Origin: Camelus dromedarius
Lineage: Eukaryota
Assembly (NCBI RefSeq): GCF_036321535.1
Contig: NC_087437.1
Span: 6,448,001 to 6,512,000, forward strand
Direction of reading: 5' to 3'
Length of the DNA stretch: 64,000 bases
The position numbers were made by a program, and so were the translations under genes. Below are positions 50,202-63,244 of this stretch, in pieces. The notes under the pieces were generated by a model. It had not been told where the DNA came from. It did no database searches and was given only the letters and a program-made list of their open reading frames with translations. The stretch's first letter is position 1. Every line of letters starts with the position of its first letter.

Positions 50202-53200
50202 AAAGTGATCAGTAAAAAGGAAGGCATTCTCCTCTAACTCCCTCCAATTTCATAAATACAACTCGAGCTAAGGATACTGCCTGGGAGCATCTGTGTACAG
50301 ATTAGGAACATTTGTCTGTGTGAGATTTCCTGTTGCTCATGAACACACCTAAGGCTTGGGGTGGGGTGAGGGGCCATTTCTGCCTGGGAAACATGTCATA
50401 GTGTATATCCTAAACCAATACAGTAGTAACTACCACAGTTGTCTCCTGACTGGCCCCCTGTTTCCACTCTGGCCAATAGTTTCTCCTCCACACTGTTGCC
50501 AGGATAACAATCTTAGTAAAATGTAGTTTTATCTGTTACCCTGATGCTTAAAAATCCGTGAGGGACTTTCCATTATCCACAGGCTGACTTTCACACTCTT
50601 GAGCCTCCTGTACCAGATCCTCCACGACGTTGTCCTGGTTTATTTCTCCAGCCCATTTATTTTAGGAAGATTATCCCTCCTTGTCCACCTCCCACCCCTC
50701 CTGTCTTTGAAGGACTTTCTCAAGTGTCACTTAATCTGTGAAGCCTTTTCCAAACACCCCCTCCAGGCCTCTGTAAAACTGACCCCTCCCGCTTTTATGC
50801 TGCCTACTGGTTTCCAGAACTGCATCAGACTTCCCTAGTGAGGGTTTGGAAATCAGACCCCAAGATCTTGCTATTCAGTTCGTAAATCAAGAGTTGGCTG
50901 TTGGGTGATTCTTCTTGGCGCTATTTGTAGGGGAGGCACAGTGGATGCTGAACTCTATGAAGTTCTGGAAGACACTGGAGGGGTGTCCAGGGCAGTTCCC
51001 CAAGCATGGGCTCCTCTAAGTGGTGCCCGGGGAGTGTGTGAGGATGCCCCCCTTTCCTGCCTCAGCTGCTCCCTGGCCCGGGGTGCTGCTTAAGGAAGGC
51101 AGTTACCTAGTTGGGTAACTAGATTATGATTTAGTTTACTAAACTAGCCATTCAGCTATTTACTGAATGACATTCTAAAACACCCAGTGGGTGAAGACTA
51201 GTATTTACTTTTATAACACACTCCGATTAATTAACTTTAGTGCATCCTCTTCTCAGGTTCAGAAGCTGTGCATGAAGTTTCATGCAATTCAAATAAATGC
51301 AGTGTCATGTTTGTAAAGAGGTAAAGGCCTATCTCAACTCTACTTATTCTACAGCAGTAGAGTAGGCATTTGGTTAAACACTGTCTGATACAAGGAAACA
51401 ATCCCCACTGTGGGCAATATTTGCATTTAACAAACCATTACTTGTTCAAAACCCAATCAATGCATGCCTTCATTACAATAACTTGGTTTACCATTGATGC
51501 CAAAACATGTTAAGTGTGTTCAGGTTGAGTTAGGTTTATATACCACTCAGATCACAGAATTTTTCAGTTGAATCTTAGTTGGACATTGGCAACCATCTGG
51601 TCCAATCCTTTCGTTTAAAAATTTTAATTAAAAAAATTTAAAAAAAATTTTTTAGTGAAAAAGTTGGGTGCAATAGAGGTGAAGTGGCTTGTCTGAAGTC
51701 ACACATCTATTTATTGGCTGAGCTAGACCCAGAACCCAGATTATAATTGTATTTCTTGAATAAACATTAGGATATATGGCTTGACAAAGGCATCTTCTGA
51801 TTTGTAAATTTATCGATAAGAAGAGTCTTTCTGAGGTATCATATCTGTAACACATCAAACAAAGAAACTTCACTGATGAAAGAATGAAGTTGAGTCTGTG
51901 CTGGTCTGTATAGTTTATCTTTCCCATGGACCAACAGCACAGAAGGAGGACATCCATGACCTCAGGGCTGGTGTTTTCTTGTCTTTTCTTTGATGTGAAT
52001 CCTGGTTCTGCTCAGCTGCCTCTTACCAGCAGCTCTTCTCTGCCAGCAAGCTAGTCTGACACAGACCAAGCCAAGTTATCAAACTACCCCTGGGTGTTTG
52101 AGTTGTTTGCCCTTGCATAGAGGTCGAAGAGTTTGGGAGAAGAAAACACAAAGGGTGGAAAGGCATGAATCTATAGCAGGAAGAGCCAGCTGCCCACATA
52201 TGTTTATGTTTCTGTTTTCATTGTGTGGAGTCATGGTGGGATACTGGCCATTCAGCCACGACCTACATTTCCTAGTCCTAACCCCCGACCCCCACCAGCC
52301 CTAGCTTTACATCTCAAGGTGGCCACCTTACTAGTCTCCACCAATGGCAAGTGAGTGAAAGTGTTGTGTTCAGGCCAGTGCTTTCCTTTTAGACAGCTGG
52401 GTGCCCTTGGAGCTGTCAAAGCAAAGCCAAAGGTGGAAGGAACCCAGGTCCCTAAAGCACCACGTGGAGTAGATCTGCCTGCCAACAAGAAAAAACTCTG
52501 ACTCCTCCATGAATGAAAAATAAACTTCAAATGTTTGAGTCACTATTCATTTTGTGTTTGTTACAGCAGCCAACACTCCCCTAAATAACATAGAGCCTCC
52601 AGTTCCTAAGAGTTTTGTTTCCACTTTGAAGTTAAGACGTTCCCTGAAAAATTAGTTACATGTATTTTTACAAAATATTTAATTTAATTGAGCACTCCAA
52701 GTGTTCAGAGAGGTCTTGATTTTCCCCGAGAGATTAATAAAGCAAAATGGATTGAGACAGTTGATGAAGGATCTAATAAACAAATTACTTACTTGTCTAA
52801 ATTTTGCTGATATCATGCTGTTCACTTCCAAATAAGTTCACTTTTAATATCCTTACAGATGTGAAGAATGTTGCTCTTTGAATATAGACTGTAATTTTTA
52901 CATGTTATGCTCATTTTACTGTTGTATTTATTTATACTTCACCTCTTTCCTGAAGAGTTTGCAGTGACATAAAAAGTGACTTAGCAGCAAGGTTAATAAA
53001 ATAGAAAAGCAGGCTATAGAAAAAAGGACACGGAAAATATGCTAACTGCAAACCGTTCATGTGGTCGCTATGACTGAGTTTCGACCTTAAGTCTAAGTGT
53101 CTTGGCAGGCTGGGTGAGAGGGAAGCATGCTAAATTACAGATCAGCCATCAGAAAGGAGAGGGTGTACCCATCTCTCAGGGGTGGCAAGGCTTTGTCTGG

Positions 53201-53844
53201 GACCCATGTCTCAAAGAAATGGATGGTCCTCAGTGTTTTCATCTCCAGGGAGCCAGACCTACCAGGAGTGAACTCATAATGGAATTTTTAAAACTCTCCT
53301 TAGTTTTGTGGAATGAATTCTTGATGATACTGAAAAGGGAAGAAACCACTAGGCTAAGTCACGACGAAAAGCCCTTTGCTTTTTTTTAATTTTCCACACC
53401 CCTTAACCCTTGGGGACCTAGGGGTGGCTTGCAGATGATGACCTCAGATATGTTCTGGTCTGGTTCTAAAAGCATTTTGAACAAATTATGCCACTAGTCA
53501 AAGTGAATTGGTATTGGAAGGTGACTTCTATCTTCCTTGGGAGGGAATTTGGTTTTCTCAATATATGAACTTCGGAGTTCTCAAAAGTTGAGAGTTCTTA
53601 GGTTGGGATTTCTAAGGAAGTACCACTATATTGTAGCACAAGCCACCTTAATTAGACGTTCTCAGAGACTGGTCTTTCTTGACTTGGATTTCATGCACTC
53701 GAAGAATGTTGCAGCTGGAGACTGTCTCATTAGCCAATGTTTTTTAGGTAAGAAGACTGAGGCCCAGACTGGGCACAAGACCAGACAGCGGTCCCAGAGA
53801 TAATGAAGAGAGCTTATTTCTCTTATGTAACGGATGCCTCTTTT

Positions 53845-54065
53845 TAAAAAATAGTTGATTTACAATGTTGTGTTAGTTTCTGGTATACAGCAAAGTGACT
53901 CAGTTATACATATTTATGTATATATATGTGTGTGTATATATATATTTCTTTTTCATATTCTTTTCCATTATGGTTTGTTACAGAATATTGAATATAGTTC
54001 CCTGTACTGTAGAGTAGGACCATGTTGTTTAACTATTTTATATACAGTAGTTTGTATTGGCTAAT
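53845..54065 (-). mobile_element. Short L1 3'UTR fragment
   Basis: atagttgatttacaatgttgtgttagtttctggtatacagcaaagtgactcag...gaatatagttccctgt. Confidence 0.85.
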
Positions 54066-55275
54066 CTTTTAAATACTAGTACAGTGCTATCCAGTTTACT
54101 GTAATAAGCTTTTATTAAATATCAATGAGAGAAAAGACTAGACAACCTCTCAAATATTTCTGAGCTCCTTAGAATTTTTGCTTATTTCTGTATTATATTA
54201 CATCCTGGTTGTCTCCATAAAATATAGATAGGCAATGCAAAAGAGATCAAAGTGAAAATATTGAAGTAAAATGAAATTGAAATATTAATCTCTGATAGAA
54301 TGATGTTCTATTCCAAATGGGTGATCCAGTATATTGTCCTTCCTGCTCCCTGAAGATTTCAAAGCACTTAACATTGCCTTAAAACTCATTAAGCTGGGTG
54401 CTGAATCAGACATCGGATATTATAACTTTATTCTTATTATTTATTTAATACCATCAAAGGAGTTGATTCTCAGTGGGAATTGATAGCTCTAAAGGGATGA
54501 AATCTTTTCTTCGATATTCTAGAAGGACAAATACCATTCAGCCAATACTTCTGTTTCAAAGATAATCAATGATGATCCAGGAAAATATTAGGAAGTCACT
54601 CATAAACATTTTCCCAAATGAATCAGACAATTTCAAAACATCTTTGTAAGTTTACATTGGTTTGATCTGGTATGTGCTGCCTTATAGGAATAAAGGTGTT
54701 TGGTGAGAAAGTTAAGAAAAGAAGATGAAATTCATTTATTCTTTCTTACCAAGTAAAATTTAGAATTTCTTTATCTTTAAGGTAACTCATTGTACTGCAA
54801 ATTCTTTCTTGCTTTAAAATAGGAATGCTCTATTTTTTTTTTAAAAAAGTGAATGGTGCTTTGTGTTGGCCATTGCTTTTGGAAATATATTTTTATTATT
54901 ATGCAGTTTATGTAGTCATTTTTGACTTTTTAAAATGTTTAAGTGGCAACTTGTTTTCTTTGATTTTGTTTTTTTCTTGCCAGAATTTGGCTAATTTAAT
55001 TAAAAGCATGAATCCATTAGAACATAAGAAAAAGAAATACTAAGTGCATAGTCTATTTGGCCTTGGCTGCCTTTCAATATGAGTGATTAACCATCAATTA
55101 CAGACCTGTTATGCAGTATAATAACATTCCATATTCAATATCAAACTTTCAATCGTCTCTAAAATGACAGAGGCAGATGTCATAGATGCAATTTTGAGAA
55201 ATGGTAAACCACACTGGTAAAAGCTACAGTGAGCTTTTTAGGTGTATAAGACAGACCCAGATCATTTAAGGTTTT

Positions 55276-56420
55276 TTTTTTTTGATTATATAATATCATT
55301 TAATTTAAAAAAGTAGGGTAAACAGGAAAGTAGCACAAAAATATAGTGTTGCTGTGGAAGGCTGGTGCTTGCTGCTAAGACGCTGAAGCCAGAGGAGGTT
55401 GTGGATTCCAGGAACAGTATTCTTTACAGGATGGAGAGAGTGGCCTGAAGGGCAGACAACCAGGAGAACCTCTCGTCTGAGACCCCCTTGCAGCAGGGCT
55501 CTGTACAACTGGTGACACACCCCAAACACCAATGTGAGGGGGGATATGATAAACTCCTGCTTCTCCCAACAGAGTCTGTCCAATGAGGGTGAGCCTGGGC
55601 CACGTGTGTGTGTGTGTATGTTAAGTGCCAGGAAGAGTACCCAAAGGCTTCTCATCACCCCAGACCTCCCTGTGCTGTGAAGCACTGGACTGGCCTGGAG
55701 TCCTGGTTTCCTCTGGAATGCTGTCACCTTCCTACTGCCAACCCAAGGTGGCAGTGCCTTTTGGCCCCATTATATGATACTCTCTCCCAAGACCTAATTT
55801 ACTAGTTTGGCTAAAAAAAATCCCTCAGCCAGGTCCTCTTCTTCTGATCAATGGGTTTCCCCCTATTCTCCTAACAGAGGTCTTTGGGGTCTTCATTTTC
55901 TCCGCCGGCTGACACTCCTCAGTTCATCCAATTCCTTCTCCATTAAGTGGGATTCGGCAGTGGTCTCAGAAAGCTCACCATGTCCAGCAGGATGTCCACC
56001 TTCAGCCGCAAGAGATTCTTTTCTTCCTCCAACTGCTGGATCCGTCTCCGGAGGCGCTGAGCCTCCCTCCGGTCCACACCCCCACTAATCCCTGTCTCTG
56101 CTGTCCACTGGCCGTTTTCAAACTTCAGGCTTTGCCCCGCCAGGGTCATAGTGGGGGTTCCGTAGTCAAGACCCAGCTCCACCTCCCGGGTTGACCGATC
56201 CAAATTATGCAGGCTGGAGAGAGAAGCCGACTTTCGAGAGGGCGTCTTTTTCGGACTGAATGTATTCCCAAAGAAAGGCATCTTTGACCTGATGCGTCCC
56301 AGCAACCGGGTTCCAAGCTAACTCGCCGGCCAACCGCAAGGTGCCAGCCAGGGCCGCATTACCCACCACGACCGCGACAGCCGGCCGCGGCCCACCCGCC
56401 CGCCGCGCGCACGCGCAGCC
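55276..56420 (-). pseudogene. CBY1: Processed pseudogene (retrocopy) of CBY1 (chibby 1), full-length mRNA
   Basis: Intronless; ATG at 56281 gives MPFFGNTFSPKKTPSRKSASLS...LLRLKVDILLDM, and a shifted frame gives LSETTAESHLMEKELDELRSVSRRRK* (TGA 55895-55893). ATTAAA at 55304-55299, poly(A) at 55283-55272, TSD CATTTAAG(G/T)TTTT at 55263-55275 and 56421-56433. Confidence 0.96.
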
Positions 56421-56719
56421 CATTTAAGTTTTTGATCACTTGCTTTACATGGGAACATATCATTTTGGATGTGCTGCCTAAAGTTCTAGCTTAAAAGCAG
56501 AAACACTAGCAGGTTCAGTAAAGTGCATGAAAATCCCGGGATTTTAGACTCATTTCTTTATTGTGCAAATTACAGAGGCTGTGCTAGAGGGGAGGGGTTA
56601 ATGACTATTAATTGATGATAACGGGTTTCAGCCTCTTCCATCATTTACTCACTTAGTGATGGAGAAAGGAGAAAGACTGAGGGGTTACTGAAGAAATAAC
56701 TCTGGATTTATGATTTGGG

Positions 56720-58500
56720 CTTATTTCACAGGTAGTATTTTTTTAAACAGGAATAAACATGAAAACTGTATCATTTAAAGATAAAACTATTAACATTTTG
56801 CTCTATGTAGCATTTGAACACTGCTAACATATGCCTGATGCACATACTGTTTAAAGTTTTTTCTTTCAAAATTGTATCATGTTATACATGCCATTTAAAA
56901 TATATTATTCATTTAACCTCATAAATTTCCTCCATGTCAGTAAATATGCTTCGTGAACATTAATGGCAGTATATTCCATCATTCACCACTGCACCATCAT
57001 TTATTTAACAAAACCTTTAGCTTTTTGGACATTTAAGTTGTTTCAAAGTTTTTGAGTATAATAAAAAATGCTGTGATGAATATCTATATACATACATCTT
57101 TGTCCAATTAGCTCTTAAGATAAATTGCTAGAAGTAGAGTTGTTATGTGAAAGGGCAGACAACTCTACCAAGTTGTTGGTATATAGTGAAAACTTCCCTG
57201 CAGAACTTGTATCAGTTTATATACCTGTGGACATATGAAATTCCCTTTTCCTCCAAATCTTGAAAAATACCACACTTTTTCCAATCTTTGCTAAGTTGAA
57301 ATGACATAGAGATTTCATTTTTAATTGCTGTTCTTACATCACTAAAGATCAAATAAGCTGAATATTTTCTTTGCAGGTTTTTTGGTATTTTCTATTTTTT
57401 CTTTTTAATTGCCTCTTTACGTCAACTTCTTATTCAATTAATGTATTTAGCTTTTTCTTAGTGACTTTAAAGCACCCTTTGATACTGAGAACAAGAACTC
57501 TTCATCTGTCATACATGTTGCAAATATTTTTTTCTAAGTTTTCCATTTGAATTTTAACTTTGCTGATGGTGATTTTTGATAAGTAGGCTTAAAAAATGTT
57601 GTTGTACCTTTCAGCCTTTTCCTTTTCTTTTTTTGGCTCCTACTTTGGGTGTCACGCTTAGAAATCCCTTACTCATTGTAACATTTAAAAATACTTGCAT
57701 ATGATTCATTTACTGGCTTTAATTTCTATATTTAACCTTTAAATTATTATGAAATATTTCTCATATAGAAACTGGTGTGAAGAAGAATAATATAAGAGAA
57801 GCAATAGATGGAGCGGTCAGTCAGCTTCTGGGCCTGATTTCATGGGTGTTTAAATAAGTCTCCAAATGCTTTGACACTCTTCCCTTCAAAGAGTGGGGCC
57901 CAATTTTCTTCCCCTGGAGTATGGGCTGAACTTAATGACCCACTTCTAATGAATAGCTATCGTAGAAATGACGGAGTGTGTCTTCTGACATTAGATCATA
58001 AAAGACATTGAGGCTTCTGTCTCCTCCCATCTCTCTGTTTCTGGCTCTGGGCGAAGTCAGCTGTCCTGCCATGAGTGAACTCAGTCAACCCTATAAGGAG
58101 GTCCCCGTGATGGGGAACTGAGGCCCTCTACCTGCAGCCAGTGAGGAAGCCAAATGACACTTGAAATGAGTTTTCTGATACAGAAATACTGTATTCCACT
58201 CAAATTACACAAGACTTCTTTCATGTGCCTCAAAAATTTAGAATTTTCTTTATATGTATTTCTTACTAGATTATTTATTAGCTATTTTATACTTTTCATT
58301 GGTGTTGCAAATGGGAATAATTTCTACTTGATTGTTGTTTGTATGTAGGAAATTATTGATTTTTGTACATTTATCCAGTAATCTACCATTTAAGTGAATG
58401 CTATTATTAGTTTTCATTGTTTTTCCACTTTAACTCTTGGGTTTTCTATATATACAATGACCCACTAGTCTTATTAAAGCAATCTTAAAGATACTGAGCA
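56720..58500 (-). mobile_element. Old degraded L1 (L1ME-like) with an MLT1 insert at ~57800-58160
   Basis: ggacatttaagttgtttcaaagttttt...aatgctgtgatgaatatc...; MLT1 text aaagagtggggcccaattttcttcccctggagtatgggctg...ggggaactgaggcc. Confidence 0.55.
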
Positions 58501-58512
58501 GAGAAAGAAAAA

Positions 58513-58585
58513 TGTGTGTGTGTGTACGTGTGTGCGCATGAGTGTGTATGTGTTCATGTGCACGTGTGTGTGTGCGTGCGTGTGT
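58513..58585. repeat. Imperfect (GT)n microsatellite
   Basis: tgtgtgtgtgtgtacgtgtgtgcgcatgagtgtgtatgtg... Confidence 0.85.
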
Positions 58586-61500
58586 TGTGCATATACCACG
58601 TGCATGATGTTGAGGAATCAAGAATTTAGAAAGAAATAAAAAGTAGGTAGCTGTGTTTTATTCATTTCTTCCTCTGCATTATCTAGTATAGCGATCAACA
58701 TACACAGTTTGCTGTGTGGATGATAATTGAATAGATGAGTCAATGATCTGCCCTCCTCCTGGTTGGGTTTCTTTAGTCCTGCCTTCGTGCTCCTCTGGGA
58801 GCCAGCTCCTTGTGACGTCCCATCGTGCCCCGAGCTGTGCCAGGTTGGGTATGACGTCTGCTAAGTCCTCCGCACTCCACTAACATGGTCTAAATAAGTA
58901 CATCACTTATCTTTAAAGACATATTGAGCTACGGGTGGGGACAGACATTATGAGCACACGTGCCGTCATTGGAGAATAGATTAACGCTGGATGGTGAGGT
59001 TCTTCCCTGGACTCACCCAGTGCTGGCACAGCCTAGGCAAGGTACCTCCACCATTTGAGCAGTGCTCATGAAGAAGATGCTGTGCTTGTGCTGAACCAGG
59101 CTGGGTGTGTAAAAAGAGGGTGTTCGAGAGGCAGTCAGGATCCCATGTGGAGGAGTGTATGGGGGTGCCCCGTCCAAAGGGCAGAAAGGGGCACAAAACC
59201 AGTCAACAAATCTGAGAACTGGGAGGACACAAAGTCTCATCAGGATCATGCGGGAACAGATGTCTTCAAACCAAAGTGGTGGTCACGTAGGAACTGAGCG
59301 TTGACCTGGTGCCTGCACTGACCCGGGTCAGGAGTGGCTGCAGACACTTGAAGGTACCTCACTGGCTCAGGCTGTGCTGACTGTGAAGGAGTGTGTCACT
59401 CAGAGGAGAGAAGAGGAAGTCTTGGCTCTGTAGGAGCGAGACTTCATTCAAGAGGCAAGGGAAACCATGGAGAGTTTCCGTTTAGGATGACAGGACCTGA
59501 CTTACATTTTGAACAAGGGCTTTCTGTCCACAGAGTGGACACTGAGTTGGGATGGGGGACAAGAATGGAACTTGAGGGAGTTTTGGGGAAAAGACTGCTG
59601 TGAGCTGGGGAGAGAGGCTCTTAGCTGGAACGAGTTGATGGTGATGGAGGTGAGAGTGATACCCACTGAGGCCGAACTAGAGGTCAACAGACAAAAAATA
59701 TTCCCCTGCCAGGACCCTGAGGTCTCTTCTCCTCACTCAGCTAGACTTCGTTGTCATTCTGGTGAGGTTTAAAGAACTCAACCTGGAGGTGAGGCACTCC
59801 ACTAATCTGGGTGAATGCACCACTTGTGTGGAATTTTGTGGATGCTAAAGGGTAGGGTAGCTGATGGCTCTGTGAATAGATTTTTCAATGCTAACAAGTT
59901 TTTTTGTTTTAATTCGTAAAGGACTTTTTATTTATTGTAATATAGCATTAATTTATTGTAATAAAAATAACTTTCAGATATTTCCAAGATAAACCCCATG
60001 CAAAAACTTCAGGTGAACTTTATATAATTCATTTTATATGCTTAAGAAATATTATAGGAACACATCTTTTAAATAAATGCATAACCATGCTTAGAAATTT
60101 AGAAGTTTTATGACCTGTTTTTTAATATTTTTCATCTTAATTTTTTCCTTTTAATTCTAATATATTCTGTAAAAAACGATTAGTGCTTTCCTGCCTGTAG
60201 TTTAGCCTGTTATAAATCTGGCTAAATTAATGCGAAGTTAATGGCTATATTTTAGAGTAACCTCTTGAAATGTAATAGCTTTATTGGAACAAAACTATTT
60301 TTTGCCAAAATTATGTGGAACTAATGAAAAATTAATTGCTTTATAAAACGCTGGCTTTTATCTAAAACTAATAATTCCTGTACATCTCTTAATCTTCCTG
60401 CAAACAGTTGGCAGGAAATAAAAATCTAAGTTTACCAGTTCAAATTCCCTAAGAGGCTCAGAGTCATTTTTATTTTCGCATGATCCAACCTTTTAACTTT
60501 TTCACAACTTTAAGCTTACAAAAACAGATTTCTAATTAAATTCAGCCATATCATCCCCCTAAGGGGATTTAGAAACACCAAGTCTAACTCAGACCTGGGA
60601 CCTGTGGGCTAACACTTTTCCTTTCTTTACAGTTCACATTGGCATTTTTATATCTCCCTCTAATAAACTGTAATGATTTTTATATTTTAAATTGGCACCT
60701 GGGCCTATGCCTTTTATCTGTTGTTTACTGTATTCAATCCATAAATAAATCATGCGACAAAATAAATGACTTAATCCTGTGTTTTATTTGGAAACATGTT
60801 AAGGGATTAATACAGAAGGAAAATCACTTTATTGCACCTGAATTGTTCACTTTGTGATTTTTTCGCCCCACATTTGAACACTATCAAGGTGTCCTATCAA
60901 TAACAATTGTACACAAGAGCCTCATTTGGAGATTTTTAAAGTTTTTGCTACTTTTTGATTAGACCATGTTCAGATAAAGCCCCCGAACTGCCATTTGTCA
61001 TCAGCATTTGCCGTGATTCTGCTGTTTTAATAATAACTCATTCAAGTGGATAAGTATTTAGCAGGAAAATGATTAATCCGCAGCAACTTTAAAAAATGAG
61101 ACCACGTGTGATTATTCTGTCCCTCGTTTTATGCTGAGCAATCCTTCCTGTCTTCATTTAGTGGAAGAGACTTTCTTAACAATCTGAAAGAGAAAAATAA
61201 AACATTATTCAATGTAATTCACTTAGTAAGCCCTTTCAGCATGAAAGGGAAATAGTCCAAATTTCAAAACAGGTTTGGAGAATGTGATACACGTGTTATC
61301 CAGAAGCATTCGCCTCTACAGATTTCTCCCCTCAAAAATGTTTTTCTTCACACAGAGAATGGACCCTCGTTTCTTAGGTTAATTGCTGGAATATGATGAG
61401 GTTTGGTTGCATTTTTAGTAATTTCCGGATTCTATTCCAGGACATTTGGGACAGAGCCCAAGAGCTTAGCGTGTTTTCCTTTTTTCATGGTAAAATTGTG

Positions 61501-62559
61501 CAAATATGCATTAGAGTGTGAAAACAAACAGTCTAATACATTTTTGCAAAGCTCTTTATGTTTACTGTTTATTGCAGATACCAGATCCTAATTAAAATGC
61601 GCTAACAAAAGCCAAGATACAGAGAACAAAGATATACCGAAACTTCATCTTTATAAAATATTTGTGATTAATCCTGGGGGATGTATGGCCTCACAGCGCT
61701 GCAGTGGAATTCTAAAAGGGCTTCCTCAACCACACCAGGGGTGGGGGCGATAAAAATGTGGTGTATCTGGTGGTTCAAGAAAGATAAAGCATGCCTTGGG
61801 TATTTGGGGATGCTGTATACTTCTTAGGGAGGGTCTAATAATTCTCTGATTGAAGATTTTGAGTTTTTTCACCATAGATTTGGGATGGGTAGCAATCAAC
61901 TTTAAAGAAGTAACCAGAAGAAGAGACACTGAAAGTATCTTTGCGGGGGGGGAGATGGATATAGATCTGTTTTTCAGTTGGCAGTTTCTGTACGAATGTG
62001 GGAGACACTGCTTTGCGTTCTTCATGCATTTAGGAGAACTAAAGAGGGGAGCGGACGATGGAGGACAGTGCCGACTGATGGACAGCCTGGGGACTTGGAG
62101 TCACCCCAGCCTGAATTTGAGTTGGGACCCTTCTTTTCTTTGTGCTCTTAGGTCAGGGATTTAATTTCTTGGAGTCTCAGTATCTTTCTCTCTAATACGG
62201 GGGTAATAATACTGATCTTGAGGCATTTCAGTGAGAATAAACAAGATAAGCTAGTGAGCACACTCATCCCGTTAGAGGCAAATACTTTCATTTCTTCAAA
62301 AGGAAGTGCATACCACAGCCTGCTTGGTGAGGCTGGAGGAAAGAGGTGAAGAGGATCTAGTGGATGAGAAACCTGAGACACCACTTACCCCTGTTCTATT
62401 GTGTTTGCATTTAAAATTTTCTCTCTCAAACAGCCTCCTTTTCTTTCTTTCCTCCCTTCATTCCTTTCTTCTTTCCCTGCAGATTGCAGGGGAAAGGGTA
62501 CTAAGCATTTTGAAAGAGTGAAAAATCTTGTGAACATCCTTTGTGTGCTCAGTGGTCCT

Positions 62560-62790
62560 CAGAGTGTGCTCCTGGACCAAGTGCATCAGCATCACCTGGG
62601 AACTTGTTAGAAATGCAGATTCCTGGGCTCCACCCTTCAGTAGGTACTAGACCTGGGGCACCTAGAGAGATGGAACAATCCCTCCAGGTGATTGTAATGC
62701 ACATTAAAATATTTAAACATTTTTTTTATTGAGTAATAGTCATTTTAAAATGTTGTGGCAAATGTGCACATTAAATTTTGAGAACCACTG
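62560..62790. mobile_element. MER5A-type element carrying a ~56-bp L1 tail insertion (62709-62764, minus)
   Basis: MER5A text on both sides; TSD TGCACATTAAA at 62698-62708 and 62765-62775; the insert is the reverse complement of the terminal L1 sequence seen at ~50150-50197. Confidence 0.8.
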
Positions 62791-63244
62791 ATGTATCAAA
62801 TGCTTTTGTCTTCCTTTCTCAATAAGAGCAGCCTTATTCATGCACAAGTCCCAACACTCAACCAAGGACTTCCTTGTACATACCAAGAAGATTTTGAGAG
62901 ACAGTCTGTCATCACGTTTAAAAACACAGGATGTAGTCCAGACTGTCTTGATTTATATCTCAGCTTATCGCTTATTAACTCTGTTTCCTTGGGCAAGATT
63001 CTCAACCTCTCTGTGCCTCAGTTTCTTTTGCTGTAGAATGAAAACAATAATGGTATTTAGCTCACAGGAATTTTGTGAGAGTGTATTACACTTAGGACAG
63101 CAACAGACAAACAGAACTCTCTGAAGAAGTCTGAGCTATTATTTATTATCTGGAGAATATAAAGGGCATTGCAAAATGTGGAGAATCAGCAAACCAACCA
63201 GTCCAGGAGGTGTTGAATCTCAAATTAGGGCATATTTTTCTCTA

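Noticed and set aside
51612..51653. A/T quasi-palindrome
   Set aside because: Low-complexity AT tract next to a MIR; no evidence of function.
54100..55250. Unique AT-rich stretch examined for exons or another LINE fossil
   Set aside because: The frames I translated gave no recognisable motifs.
55943..56305. Functional CBY1 gene
   Set aside because: Intronless with poly(A) and TSD, frameshifted before the C-terminus; the track ORF start upstream of 56281 is not an ATG.
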